Below, in pieces: positions 36,297 through 48,779 of a stretch of DNA of 64,000 nt. The stretch's first letter is position 1. Every line of letters begins with the position of its first letter. The notes beneath the pieces are model-generated. The model saw only the letters and a program-made list of their open reading frames with translations, was not told the DNA's origin and searched no databases. Source of the DNA: Felis catus (taxonomy: Eukaryota); contig NC_058368.1 of the NCBI RefSeq assembly GCF_018350175.1, positions 52,826,001 to 52,890,000 on the forward strand. The letters are read 5' to 3'. The position numbers and the translations under genes were made by a program.

Positions 36297-37847
36297 TTCT
36301 GTATCCATGTCAAAATTTCTCAGGTGGTGTTCATTTTGATTCTTGCAGAAGTATCAGGAAGCAAATTTCATGGTGTACTAAAGACTGATAGAGCAGATAT
36401 AATCACAGAAAGCACAAGCAAGTGTTTATTCCTTGCTACATAAAGATTATATCGGCGAGAAAAAAACTCTTCTGGAATGGATATAATTCCAGTACTTGCT
36501 CTTCTGAAGTGGGATTAACTCTTTTTGCTGTGGCCCATGCCCTTACATGTTCTAATGCATTTGAATTGCTGCTGAAAAGAAACTAAGTTCTTGTTAGAAT
36601 TTAAAACACAGGCTCCATTTCTGCCTAACAGTCTTGTAGCTGCACATTCCCTGAAGTGTATCCCATCTGCTTTTGGGAGCTCTCATTGCAATATGCAGTG
36701 ATTGCAGGATAAGCACACCATTTTCCTGTCAATACTTTCCTATTAGCCTCCTGGATCCATACATCATCATCTTGCTGGCCTGCAGTTTGCTTATCTTTGT
36801 CTCCGAGGCTGCCTTTGATTTATCTAACACCCAAGCTAATGAGGCATGGAGCCCAGGGTGGCTCCAAGGATAATGCACTCCTGTATAAAAATGCTTAAGG
36901 AAGGATCAAGTGCTAATCCATTCTAGACTAAAAGGCCTAGCCCTTCAACAAATGTTGTATTTCTTAATCGCTAAACTAAGACTATAATAGCTCCCCCTTA
37001 AGCTACTACCATCAGTAAAACTATACACACTAACTACATGCAATTTACCAAAAGAACTGAAAATTGGATTTTAATTTGTGCTTCCAAAAAAAAAAAGGCC
37101 AAAAAATAGTTTCTATCTTAGCAACAGTTATTACCATTATTTGACAGCATTCTTATGCAAAAATAAGTTAGCTTTAATATTTAATTTACAGTAATAGTTT
37201 TATATTCCCTCGCTGGGACCTATGTTTTTCCAAAGACAAAAATAACAGAAGCTACAATGTTACTGTGGCAAGGATAAATCAAGCCGGCTATTTCAATAAT
37301 GGAGGTAATTACAAAGTGTACATATCTGAAATGTACGGAGTGGTTAGGGGTTGTTTAATTAACATAAAAATTTCAATATCTTCAGCAAGTGTATTGGTAT
37401 CACAAAAGCATTGTTAAAAATGTATTTCAAAGTCGTTACGAATTTCACTATTTCAGTTATACACATTTTGAGCCATACGGACCCTCTTTACTGGTACACG
37501 GTGAATGTTACATCATTGCCAACTATACAGCACAGGTTGAAGAAACTAGTGACTATTTAATTTGGCCAATACATTAATAACTAAACTGGAAACACAGGCC
37601 CAAAATATTTCTCTTAGAAATAATGTCCAAGTAGAATATCTATGTTAAACTAGATGCGTCGATAATTCCCAAATATCTACCCCTCTTATTTTTTCAGTGT
37701 AAAGGACCCAATGTACAGAGGTTTTCAGAAAGTGATTTGCTCTTTCTATTGGTCATATACAAGGAGCAGCAGAAGGCAGAAGATTCTTCCTTTTATGAAT
37801 CTTTTGCCAGTGGTAGGATCAAAACTATTCTATTTGAAAGCAAACAT

Positions 37848-37863
37848 GGAAGGAAGGAAAGGA

Positions 37864-37900
<37 letters not shown>

Positions 37901-37963
37901 GTGAGAGAGAGGAGAGAAAAGGAGGAAGAGGAGAGAGGGAGAGAGAGAAAATGAAAAGAAAAA
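37848..37963. repeat. (GA)n and purine-rich tract
   Basis: Direct reading; source of the false ORF at 37711-38073. Confidence 0.93.
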
Positions 37964-38766
37964 ATGCCAGTCTGCAACTCGATCATGGGAAAAGTCCCAG
38001 GAGAAGGAGGTTCACTTGGTATCATGGTACAACAGGAAAATCCTTCACCCGTTGGTTCACTTTATGCCCCTGAGGACCTGACCAAGGTAATAAGTCCATT
38101 TATTGGTCACTAACTGACATTATTGAGAACCAGGGTGGAATTTAATGATGTGACATTATTAGGAATTGTTATTGAGATGTAAATGATCTTTGGTTGGTTT
38201 ATTTAAGTCACATAGAGAACCTAGTTTAGAATGAAAATTACTTATTGATTATTAGAGCAATTAACAGAATAAATTTTAGTGCTAGTATTAACATTTTCCT
38301 GAAGTCCAAAACTATTGTGGCTTAAACTCAGCAAAACACTTAATTGGTCTGGGATTCAAAGATTAACTTCTGTGGGGAGATTTAGCCTTATAGGATTTTT
38401 TAAAAGCAGCAAAAACAATTGCCAAAATCTATTCTAAAATATTTGAGGTTCTCCCATTTTGGCTTTAGCAGGGGACAAAGCAAACAAAAAACAAAATGTC
38501 AGGTAAGGTGGAGTTTCATAAACTTAACCACATAAAGAATGCAATATTCCGTTTTGCTCTGCAAACAAAACCAACCCAACAAAAACCTTTGAGACTAATT
38601 AAAGCGGAATCTGTATTGTAGATTTCTTTTTCCCTTTCCTTTTGTTAACGTCTATCAGTCAGTCAGCATCACTCATCGTTATGGGGTTGATTTCCTTTAG
38701 TTCTAATTCTTTCTTTTATCAGTTTTATTTTAAAGATAGAATCAATTTTTAGAATATGGCTTTTGA

Positions 38767-38989
38767 GGGGCGCCTGGGTGGCTCAGTCGGCTGAGCGTCC
38801 GACTTCAGCTCAGGTCACGATCTCGCGGTCCGTGAGTTCGAGCCCCGCGTTGGGCTCTGTGCTGATGGCTCAGAGCCTGGAGCCTGCTTCTGATTCTGTG
38901 TCTCCCTCTCTCTCTCTGCCCCTCCCCCGTTCATGCTCTGTCTCTCTCTGTCTCAAAAATAAATAAACTTTAAAAAAATTTTTAAAAAA
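38767..38989 (+). mobile_element. Can-SINE
   Basis: 16-bp TSD agaatatggcttttga (38751-38766, 38990-39005). Confidence 0.97.
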
Positions 38990-39276
38990 AGAATATGGCT
39001 TTTGATAGGACTGATCATCCTTGCTATGACCTTCAAGAAGTGAGAATGGTGTGTACACTTCCATACGCAAAGATGTAGAAGAAAGTTAATGCATCGTTCA
39101 ACACCCAATCTTCGAAATTTGCTTGAATTATTTTGATGCCACGGGCAAAAGGTTTTTTTGCTTTGCTATCGTTTTGTTCATTTTTGTCTTTAACTATGTT
39201 ATTGCCATTAACCTGATCTTAGTATGCCTACCTATCCATGGTGCTGTGCTGAATACCCTTCAAGAAGGAATTCTAA

Positions 39277-39448
39277 TGGGGCGCCTGGGTGGCTCCAGCG
39301 GTTAAGTGTTTGACTCTTGATTTAGGCAGCTTAGGTAATGATCTCACCGTCTGTGGAATCCCAAGATGGAGCCCCCCATGGGGATCTGTGCTAACAGTGT
39401 GGAGCCTGCCCTTCCCCTGCTCCTGTGTGCTCCTGCATGCATGCTTAC

Positions 39449-39487
<39 letters not shown>

Positions 39488-39520
39488 ATAAATAAACTTA
39501 AAAAAAAAGCTTAAAAAAAA
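39277..39520 (+). mobile_element. Can-SINE (older, internally deleted)
   Basis: ggggcgcctgggtggctc head, (CT)n, A tail. Confidence 0.9.
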
Positions 39521-39619
39521 AAAGAAATCCTAATGGACCTAATCTGTTGACTGGTATTATTATTATGTAGAGCCTTAACAGATATGCAAAAGCCTGAGTA
39601 AGCATTTGGGCTAAATCAT

Positions 39620-40066
39620 TGTATTGGTTTCTTGGGGCTGCCATAACAAAGTGACTTAAGATGACAGAAATTTATTCTTTTACAATTCTGGAGTCCAGAA
39701 ATCCAAAATCAAGATGTCTGCAGCGCTGTGCTCCCTCTGAATGCTCTAGGGAAGAATCCTTCCTTGCCTCTGTCTAGCTTCTCGTGGCTTCTGGAAATCT
39801 TTGGTATTCCTTGGTTTATAGCTGCATCACTCCAATCTCTGCTTCTACCTTCACATGACTTTCTCTCGGTGTGTCCCTGTCTTTCTTTGTGTTCTGTGCT
39901 CTTCTTAAGAAGACATCAGTCATTGCATTTGGGGCTTACCCTGTTCCCCTACATCCTCAGCTTAATTTGAGTACATCTCCAAAGACTCTACTTTCAAATA
40001 AATTCACAGGTTTTGAGAATTAGGACATAATGGTATCTTTTGGGGGTCACAGTTCAATCCATGACA
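39620..40066 (-). mobile_element. MaLR solo LTR (MLT1B/C-like)
   Basis: TG...CA termini; ggggctgccataacaaa and cagaaatttattct motifs; near-TSD atcat/gtcat. Confidence 0.87.
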
Positions 40067-40094
40067 GTCATATATATAAAATCATTATTTCTCA

Positions 40095-40310
40095 CCTGGT
40101 TCATTAACAACTGCTACTGTTTAGTGGGTGCCTAGCGTGTACCAGACACGTTGCAGGCTTTATAAACCTGTGTAAGAAAGTACTATAATTCCAATTTGCA
40201 CATAAAGATATCGAGCTTTAGATACCTTGCCCAACGTCACAAAGCTTGTGCAGGGCACAGCCAGTATTTAAAGTCAGGTCCTTCCTATTTGGAAGTGCAC
40301 GTACTTTTCC
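40095..40310 (-). mobile_element. MIR remnant
   Basis: gtgcctagcgtgtaccagacac...ccttgcccaacgtcacaaagc. Confidence 0.65.
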
Positions 40311-40443
40311 TCCTATGGTTTTTGTGGATCAAAGAGAACATTAAGTGCTTATACTTGGTTTGGTAGAGGGTTCAGTCTTAACATAAAAATGACTTAAATA
40401 CATATGTAAACATTCAGATATAAGGGAAGAAACCAATACTATA

Positions 40444-40520
40444 CAGACCAGAATTATCTTAGATCATGCTGGAATCCTTCAAAATGTACTCACCTTGCCC
40501 AAGGAGATCTTCATTTTGTG
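40444..40520 (+). repeat. Copy 1 of dispersed 77-bp direct repeat
   Basis: 69/77 identical by manual alignment to 42853-42929. Confidence 0.9.
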
Positions 40521-40879
40521 GCGTGTGTGTGTGTGCGATATGTGGATAACACCACACATTACATGAAATATAAAAGCTCCTCCCAGTGTTCACTTTTTGT
40601 AGTTCCCAAGGCACCATGTATTTTCGGAGAAGTATCTGTTAAAAGACATTATAAAACAGACCAATGAGATTTTTTAAGAAGTTGAAACAACTAAACAGAT
40701 ATCACTTTGGAGAGGTGTTAGGGGATAATTTTAGATGTGGACACCCCGCTTATGTTAATGTAGGTATTTGATTCCAAACTGCTTTAGTGTAAAGTTTCTA
40801 ATTCAACATTGTGCTTGCTGAAGCTTATAAAAACAGAGCTTAGTTCTATCTCTGAGTGAAAAGGGAAGAATGAATTATA

Positions 40880-41410
40880 AAAATGCTTTTATTATTTCTT
40901 TATTACACAATTGTTAGCGACAATAGGATATTCTAATTAGAGTTTGCATTTATTTGGTTATTATTAGCGAAGGTGAGCATTAAAAATTATATTTGTTGGC
41001 CATTTACAATGATTTTATTTGCCTGTTTATGTTCTTAACTCTTTGTGTGATGTGTATGTCTGGGAAGGAATTGGGCATTTTTTTTTTCTCCTAATGGTTT
41101 GCAAGAACTCTTTCTATAGTAAGGATGTTAGTGATTTGTCAATCATATTTGTTGCTTAATATTTTTCCCTGCCTACGTATTTCCCCTTAACTTTGTTAAT
41201 AGTGCTTTTCTTTGACCCCTCTTCCCCTTTTGGAGTCTCAGGACACCAAAGTTATTGAGCTGTTTCTTTATGAGCCTCTCTTTAAGGCTGTGTTTTAAAA
41301 AAGCATCCCATTCCCTGAAGACTATTTAAGTATTTTCCTAACATTTTTATGATTTTTTATTATCATCCTCATAATTATGATTTTGCATTTTTATCTTTAA
41401 TCCATGTGAT
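40880..41410 (-). mobile_element. Very old L1 (L1ME-like) remnant
   Basis: tttgcatttatttggttatt...gtgagcat...tatttgttggccattt antisense ORF2-end motifs. Confidence 0.6.
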
Positions 41411-41977
41411 AACTTTTAGCCCAGGTTTTAAGTCTTCATTCTCTTCAAGACCAGGAAGAAATACTGTTCTCCCTAAATTAGTAGCATCTATGATATGCCA
41501 CACTGGAGAAAGATGCTCCTTAGGGCGGAGGGAGGGACCCGCTGCATAGTCTCACTGAAGCTCAAGTTCTTTAGCTCACATTATGTAATAGGACCTAAAA
41601 CCCATATACTGGCAAACTGCTTTCCTCATTCCTGTCTCAGTTTCTCCACTCTTGAACTGCAGAGTATTGCGCTTGCCTCTAATTCTTCAGAAGCCCTTGC
41701 CCATCGCATAACTGCTCTTTGCCTGTGCTATCCATTAGGATGCCAGACCACGTTTATGCGAAAGATGAGGGGAAATCACAAGTGAGCAGCATAACCTGTC
41801 CGAGCCCGTTTGCTGATCTATGAAGAGGAGATAACAATACTTATTCACATGGTTGATATGAGAAAAAAAAAAAAGAAATGATTGATATAAAGCACGTAAA
41901 AGCATTAAATTTATTATTAATGTTATTAGTGTTATTAATATTGTTTCACGTCTGATCAAAGATCTTGTTTGGGGGAG

Positions 41978-42058
41978 TTTTATTTTTATTTATTTGTTTG
42001 TTTCCTTTTTTTCTTTTCCTTTCAAATTTTTATTTAAATTCTAGTTAACCTACAGTGT
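41978..42058 (-). mobile_element. Tiny carnivore L1 3' end plus T tail
   Basis: tttttatttaaattctagttaacctacagtgt resembles the terminus at 11738. Confidence 0.6.
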
Positions 42059-42852
42059 GGGAGATGTGTAAATATCCACTAAGCTGGGGTTTATTTTTGC
42101 ATTTCAATTATTTGCAGTCACTCTGCTCCTATGGAAGCATTAATATAGACCATGTGGGCCATTATTTAACCCAGGGAAATGTGGATGGCCTCGGGGTAAT
42201 TACATAAAGTATCATGAAAAAACTTAAACTTTTAAAATACTTTTAGGGCCCAGCTACTAAATATTATCTTTTAAAAATTGTGGAATGGTAATTAGGAAAT
42301 GACCTAGACATGTGAAAACATCACCTAAGGATGCTTAGGGAATTATTGAAAGTGTTTTCTGCAACAATATCCTTTGCATTACTATGTTGCAAAAGATATG
42401 TAATAATGCAGATGGCATTACAATTTCTACCTTATTCCTTTCTATTTTTTAAGAATCAAATTACACCATTGAACCAGGTTACTTAATCAGCTTCTTAAAG
42501 ATTAATAACAAAATAGACAAACGAGGTGGAGCAAACTTCGTCATTCACTGAAGCATATACAAATTCTTAATTTTAATGGAAATTTCCTTTGAGTCAGCAA
42601 AAAACGTACATGGGGCTTTTTTTTCTCCGAATCAATCTGAGCACATTAGGTCAATAGCAGACAATTGAACAACTGTCACTCTCCTGTAACAATATCCATC
42701 AGGAAAAAAAAAGTGTGATTATAAACTTCTATTGCCCTAATTTAGTGTTCTAAACCTACAGTTATTATAAGAAGGACATAGTTAGAGGTGGGCAGGGTTA
42801 TTTACTGATTTACCTTATTTACCAATCGGCCTCATTGCCTTTCACAATACTT

Positions 42853-42929
42853 CAGACCAGAATTGTCTTAGATCATGCCAGAATCCTTCGAAATGTACTC
42901 ACCTTACCCAAGGATATCTTAATTATGTG
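42853..42929 (+). repeat. Copy 2 of dispersed 77-bp direct repeat, followed by (TG)n to 42971
   Basis: 69/77 identical to 40444-40520. Confidence 0.9.
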
Positions 42930-42931
42930 AC

Positions 42932-42972
<41 letters not shown>

Positions 42973-43569
42973 TGTTTCAACCATTGAAGATATGCTTGCT
43001 TTCTCTGTACTCTAAACGCATGTATTTTTAGATTTTTTTGAGATAGTTTTTCAGACAATGTAATATCTATAATAGATAAAATTTGCTTCATGCTAATCAT
43101 AGGCATTATAAATTGAAAGCCACATGCTTAGTAATTAGCCTGTAGGGTTTGTCTTTCTGCCAGGATAGGGTGGACTCCCTGGACAGAAGATGTCACATCA
43201 ACTACAGGGAAGCTGTGCTTGCTCTTATCCAAAAGGCCAAGAAGGAAGGCAGCCAACTGGCTGGAATTTAGCAGTCAGTCCAATGGTTTGGTGCCTGCTG
43301 GATGTAAAGTAATGGACAGGGTGCCATGGGAGATCTCAGATGAAGCAGAAGACACAAGAAGGGCTTTAAAGTCTAGGAAGGAGGCCTATTGAAAATGGAA
43401 CTAAGCAATAACCCAACTAAGAGAGATGATCAATAAAGGATAGTTTTCAGTGCTTAAATATTTCAAATTAGGTAATTGGTGAGTATTCTAAACACAACAA
43501 AATTTGTGTTATTGAAATTTTTTCTCGGGATCCGTTTTTGCTTTAGAACCAAAAGCTACATTATTTCTG

Positions 43570-44080
43570 GCCATCTTGGTTACTGTTGATTGCCTGCCCA
43601 GAGGTTGCTTCTCTCTTCTTCCTTTTGAGGAGAATTTTCTGCTGTGGCCTCACTCCTCCTGCAGCCACGTGTCACTTGAGGAGTGCCCAGAGAAGCCGAC
43701 AGGCACTTGACATCTCCCTGGTAACTCTCGTTGGTGGGCTGTGGTGGACATGTGACCAAGTTGGACCAATCAGATGAAAGGAGAGGTTTTTTATTCTACG
43801 TTGGGGGGGAAGTCACCTCCTTTTTTTTTTTTTTTAAGCTGAATGCACTTGGGAAAGCCTGAATCCCAGTTGTTGTTGGCCACCCTCCTGTGACCAAGAA
43901 GGAAACCAATCTGAAGACAAAGTGCCTATATACCAAGGGAGTAGGGCTGAGAGAAATGACAAAAAGTGGAGAAGCAACCTTGAGCATGTAATGCCTTGAG
44001 ATTGCCCTACCTAGGGCTTCCTGTTATATGAGAGAACACATTTCTAGCTTTTAAAAGCCAGTTGGAGTTGGAATTTCTGA
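43570..44080 (+). mobile_element. Old MaLR LTR (MLT1H-K-like) remnant
   Basis: acatgtgaccaagttggaccaatcaga and aagccagttggagttggaatttctg motifs. Confidence 0.55.
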
Positions 44081-44594
44081 AAGGATGCTAACGTCTCCAT
44101 CATCTTATGAAGATCGTCATAGAAGGCAATTGTGTACTACATTTTATATAGCATCTTAATTTATTGTATGTATGATTCTCTTCCACCATGGCTTTGAAAG
44201 CTGCCTGCCTTACCAAGTCCTCTGTCTGTTGAAGAAAGCTGAGCAGTTAGACTTTGTGGTATTTGGGTTTACAGATTAGTTTTAAAATTATTTTAATTGC
44301 CGTACATTTTCATTTTTCTCAGCCATAAAATTGAATTAATTATATTTCTTTCACAAAGATGCATGGAGAGATAGTAGGCAATCTCTAAGTGTTGTTTTTT
44401 TTTTTAATCCGAGTTACAATGCAACATGATGTCATGTAATTATATATTACTTTTACCTGTGAGGAAGCCACATTTTTCCAAAACTCAACACTTAATAAGG
44501 ATATGTCTTTTAAATCATGCACTTGATTTAAACAGAATATCTGTACTTCAGTTTGTGGCTGATATGATCCTGGAATCTAAAAGGAAAATCCTTC

Positions 44595-44808
44595 GGGGCG
44601 CCTGGGTGGCGCAGTCGGTTAAGCGTCCGACTTCAGCCAGGTCACGATCTCGCGGCCGTGAGTTAGAGCCCCGCGTCAGGCTCTGGGCTGATGGCTCGGA
44701 GCCTGGAGCCTGTTTCCGATTCTGTGTCTCCCTCTCTCTCTGCCCTTCCCCCGTTCATGCTCTGTCTCTCTCTGTCCCAAAAATAAATAAACGTTTAAAA
44801 AAAAAATT
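44595..44808 (+). mobile_element. Young Can-SINE
   Basis: 17-bp TSD taaaaggaaaatccttc (44578-44594, 44809-44825). Confidence 0.97.
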
Positions 44809-45457
44809 TAAAAGGAAAATCCTTCAATCAAAAAGCTCTGATTAGCTTTTTTTTTTCAATCAAATTCTAACATAGATCATGTTGATTCGGGAAAAAAAGT
44901 GAGATCTATAGCTGTGCGCCAGGCTAGACAAATTACTCTGGTCTGAAGATTGAAAAGGTTGAGAGCCTGTTTGCATGAACTTGGCTTTGCAAGCAGTGAT
45001 TCCAGCCACTAGTAGTGTGTGTTCCTTTACTCCTTGGGTTCTGTGACTTCCTCTGCAGGCAGACCTTTTCTTATTGCTAATCCAATATCCATATTCCATC
45101 ATTTGTGTAGCATAGTAAACTGGTGGTCACTCACTGGGTGAAGTCATGGCATAAACTGTCCCTCTGGACGCTTGCTAACACTTCCTTTCCCTTTCCTTGC
45201 CTTGAGACTCCTCAGACACACTGTTCATATCTGAAGCTGTGTTTACATGATTTGCTTGTTGAAAAGGGACATTTCTCAGAAATAAGCAAAATGTAATAGA
45301 AGTTAGATTTGGAACATGCCATTCAGAAGGGGGTGAACTATTGTTTTCTGTACCAGTTGTGAGGGTACTTCTGGCAATATGTGTAAATTTCTTTGAGCAA
45401 CCCAAGGGGATGTGAATATGTTATTGGTCTTTATCTTTAGAAACTTCAGATTCTTTT

Positions 45458-46000
45458 CATTCATTAATTCTACCTTTAAAGACTTATTGAACATCTACTT
45501 CATGTTATGCATTTTGCCAGGGGCTGGGAATATGTAAAACAATGATCAAGGTCTCTATAGTGTTTATGATCTGGTGGAAACAGGAAAATCAGATGATGGT
45601 ACAGGCGAAGTTCTTATTAACTCTGTGTAAGTGCTGTGACAGAAAGCTATGTACTGGGGGAGCAGAGGAAGGATTGGAGGGAATTTGACTGAATTCCAGA
45701 AGGCTTATGAGGGAGATACCATGGAGAAATGAAGGGAAAGACTGTATTAAGACATAGAACATCTCATGCAAAGGCCCAGTGGCAGGAAGGAGGAATACTC
45801 TTTGAAGAATTGAAGGAAAATATTGTGTTTGGAGAACAGTGGATGAGAGGTTCCAAATGAGCCTGCAGAGGAGGGCTGTCTGCCAGGCCATGCAGGGCCT
45901 CATCGGCTGGTTTAAGAGCATCCTATCCTGAGAGCATTAGTTATTGAGAAGTTTTCAGGAAGGGATGTGTGAAGTCTGATTTTATTTAGGAAAAATCACT
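45458..46000 (-). mobile_element. L2 remnant
   Basis: ttattgaacatctact...atgcaaaggcccagtggcagga...gcagggcct. Confidence 0.72.
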
Positions 46001-46075
46001 CAAAATGCAGAATGCAGAATAAAATGGATTTTATTTAGGAAAAATCACTCAAAATGCAGAATGCAGAATAAAATG
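45978..46075. repeat. Perfect 49-bp tandem duplication
   Basis: gattttatttaggaaaaatcactcaaaatgcagaatgcagaataaaatg at 45978-46026 and 46027-46075. Confidence 0.97.
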
Positions 46076-46239
46076 GAGGAGAATAAAAGCAGAATCCTCG
46101 CTGTTTTTGAAGCCTCAGTTATCATGAAAGTCTCCTTTGCAGCTGGTTTCTCGCTTCTCCCAATCTCCAAGCAGGAAAATGCCCCCACAGTGTGTCCACG
46201 GTCATTTTCAGTGACCTCACCCAGATTCATGCTATTTAT

Positions 46240-47550
46240 ATACTGATGACAACCAAATGTTTACCTTAAGCACTGGCCTTTCCCATGTGCTACCAAACAC
46301 CCAGTGGCCTCCTTGACATCATCTCTTGATGTCCGATAGATACCGCACACATAACGTCCAGAAATGGATCTCCTGATCTCCCCAGACTTGCTTCTCCTAT
46401 CATTTATTAATAATCTGAGTTGCTGGCAACCTTGGACTTTTGGGCTTAAACACTTGGAGTCATCCTTAATACTTTTCTTTTCCTTCACACCTCATGTCCA
46501 ATCCATCAGCAAATGTTTGCTTCTGGCCACAAAATCATATCAGAATCAGACCACTTCTTACTCGCGCTGCAATGCTCCTGGTGCAGCCTGCCTGCATCTC
46601 TCATTCAAATTGTTCTACCACCCCTCGCTGCTTTTAATGTTTCCTCTCCTAGACCTTTACCCCAGGCTCTTCACAGCACTGCAGCTAAAATTCCCATAGG
46701 AAGAATTCCCAAATGGAAGTGTGACCACACCCTTCCATGCTTGAAAAGTATCAGTGACTCCCAGTGTCACTCGGAGTAAAACGTCCTCCAAGGCCCCTGC
46801 CATTTATCAGTTATTGTATCTTTCTTACTCTCCCTCTTGCTTCCTCCTCCTCACTAGTCCTCAAACACTCGAGGCCATGTTTCTGCTCTGAGTCTTTGCA
46901 CCTGCTGTTCCCTCAGCCTGGAATGCTTTCCCCCATGGTGCCCACATGACTGACTCCCTCTCCACTCTTCAGGTTTTTATCAAAGGATCATCTCAGTGAA
47001 ACCTTCCCTGGCCACCTATAATTGCAACCCTTCGCCACCCCTGCCATTCTTCATCCCTTTTCCTGTTCATCCCTTTTCCTGTTTTATTTTCCTCCATGGC
47101 TCTTTTTTTTTTTTTTAACTTTTTTTTTTCAACGTTTATTTATTTTTGGGACAGAGAGAGACAGAGCATGAACGGGGGAGGGGCAGAGAGAGAGGGAGAT
47201 GCAGAATCGGAAACAGGCTCCAGGCTCTGAGCCATCAGCCCAGAGCCTGACGCGGGGCTCGAACTCACGGACCGCGAGATCGTGACCTGGCTGAAGTCGG
47301 ACGCTTAACCGACTGCGCCACCCAGGCGCCCCTCCATGGCTCTTATCAGTAACATAATTCTACATACTTTGCTTACTTTTGTAAACCCTTCATTCTTGCT
47401 GTGCACCCCGAACGTACACTTTAGAGTGTGAGCCTCATAAGAGCAGGGATCTTTGCTAATTAAGGCCGTTTGTTTTTGTATCTTTAGTGCCTAGAAAAGT
47501 GGTTGGCACACGGGAGGCATCTTAGAAATATTTGTGGCTGAATGAATTTA
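46240..47550 (+). mobile_element. L2 remnant (L2a/b-like) with nested SINE
   Basis: cttggagtcatcctt...ccaatccatcagcaaat...ctttgcacctgctgttccctcagcctggaatgct...tgaatgaa end. Confidence 0.82.
47105..47332 (-). mobile_element. Young Can-SINE
   Basis: TSD tccatggctctt (47093-47104, 47333-47344). Confidence 0.97.
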
Positions 47551-48204
47551 TGTTTGTATTTTTCACACTTAATTGGCTGTTGAGTATGTAGTAAATGCTC
47601 AATGAATGTTTCACAAGTGAATGAGTAGAATGACTTAGTATGTGTTTTATTGCCAGTGAATTGCCCTTTGAAACAAAGTACTCAACAATTTTTTTTATTA
47701 ATTCATTCACATGGTAGGCATTCAATAAATACTTGTTGAATGACTAAATGGTTTTTTGAAGACTGTTTCGACTGCCCAGCCCACAGTAATTTATAACATA
47801 CTTGAGTTCCTATACAGCAGTATTTACTATTTACGCTGCTCATTAGTTATCAAGGGACCTTACGTGGCATGCGTCAGAACCCATCTCCATCCGGAGGCTC
47901 TGACTTTTTGAGCCTGAAACCCGAGAAACTGTTAGCTGGGGATGAACATGTGGAAGATTGAATGAGTGAATGCACAAATAAGTGTAAATAAAATGAAGTA
48001 GCTGCACTGAGAGGGCTCCACTAAGCTTTTCACTTCCTGCAGTTTATCCACAGAACTTTCCTTGTCTGTACTTTCTGAATTCACATCACATCCCGCTTCT
48101 AGCCAACCCAGAAGAAAAGGATAATGGCAGCTATAGGAAACACCTTCTCAAGTGTGATTCCCAGAAGATGTGCTTCAGAATCAGTGAGGCAGGATGGTTG
48201 GTGC

Positions 48205-48352
48205 TATGGAGAGAAGCTTGTTAAAAATGCAGATTCTGGGTTCTGGCTCCGATCTACCGTAACAGAAATGGGGGCGGTGAGGGATGCTACAGTGAGGTGA
48301 ATCTACACTGTTTGTAAGCTTCCTAGTGATTCTTACACTAAAATCTGAAACC
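48205..48352. mobile_element. MER5-like hAT MITE remnant
   Basis: agcttgttaaaaatgcagattctggg...gtgattctta. Confidence 0.7.
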
Positions 48353-48779
48353 CAATACGTTCTTTGACTAAAGGACTAAAGGCTCTTTAATGAGACCATC
48401 TTGACTAGGGCACTGTCCATGCTGCCAGAGACCATTCTACAAGTCACATGCAGAAAAATCCAGAAATAACCTTAGGGGACCCATCTTCAGGGGGATTTCT
48501 GCTTCTGAACTAAATTGTACACACTCTAATTCTTAGTATCTACGAATTAGAAACAGGATTTCTGGGTGAAATAAGCTTGAAGAGATAGAAATATTACTGC
48601 TATGAATCCAGAATGGTTTATGGCAGGTAAGGATTTTCAGACAAGAAAATAGGACTATGAGGTTAATATAACTGGAACATATGCAATGGAAAAGAAAGGA
48701 AGAGCTGTCAGGCTATGGTCTGATAGTAGAATTTACAGAGAAGGTGATAGTTGCCATTCTCTGTCCACAGGAAGGACAG

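Noticed and set aside
42454..42477. 24-nt in-frame microexon (NQITPLNQ)
   Set aside because: Donor gttact is poor and there is no UGC motif near the acceptor.
45978..46075. CRISPR-like repeat array
   Set aside because: Mammalian DNA; two abutting copies with no spacers.
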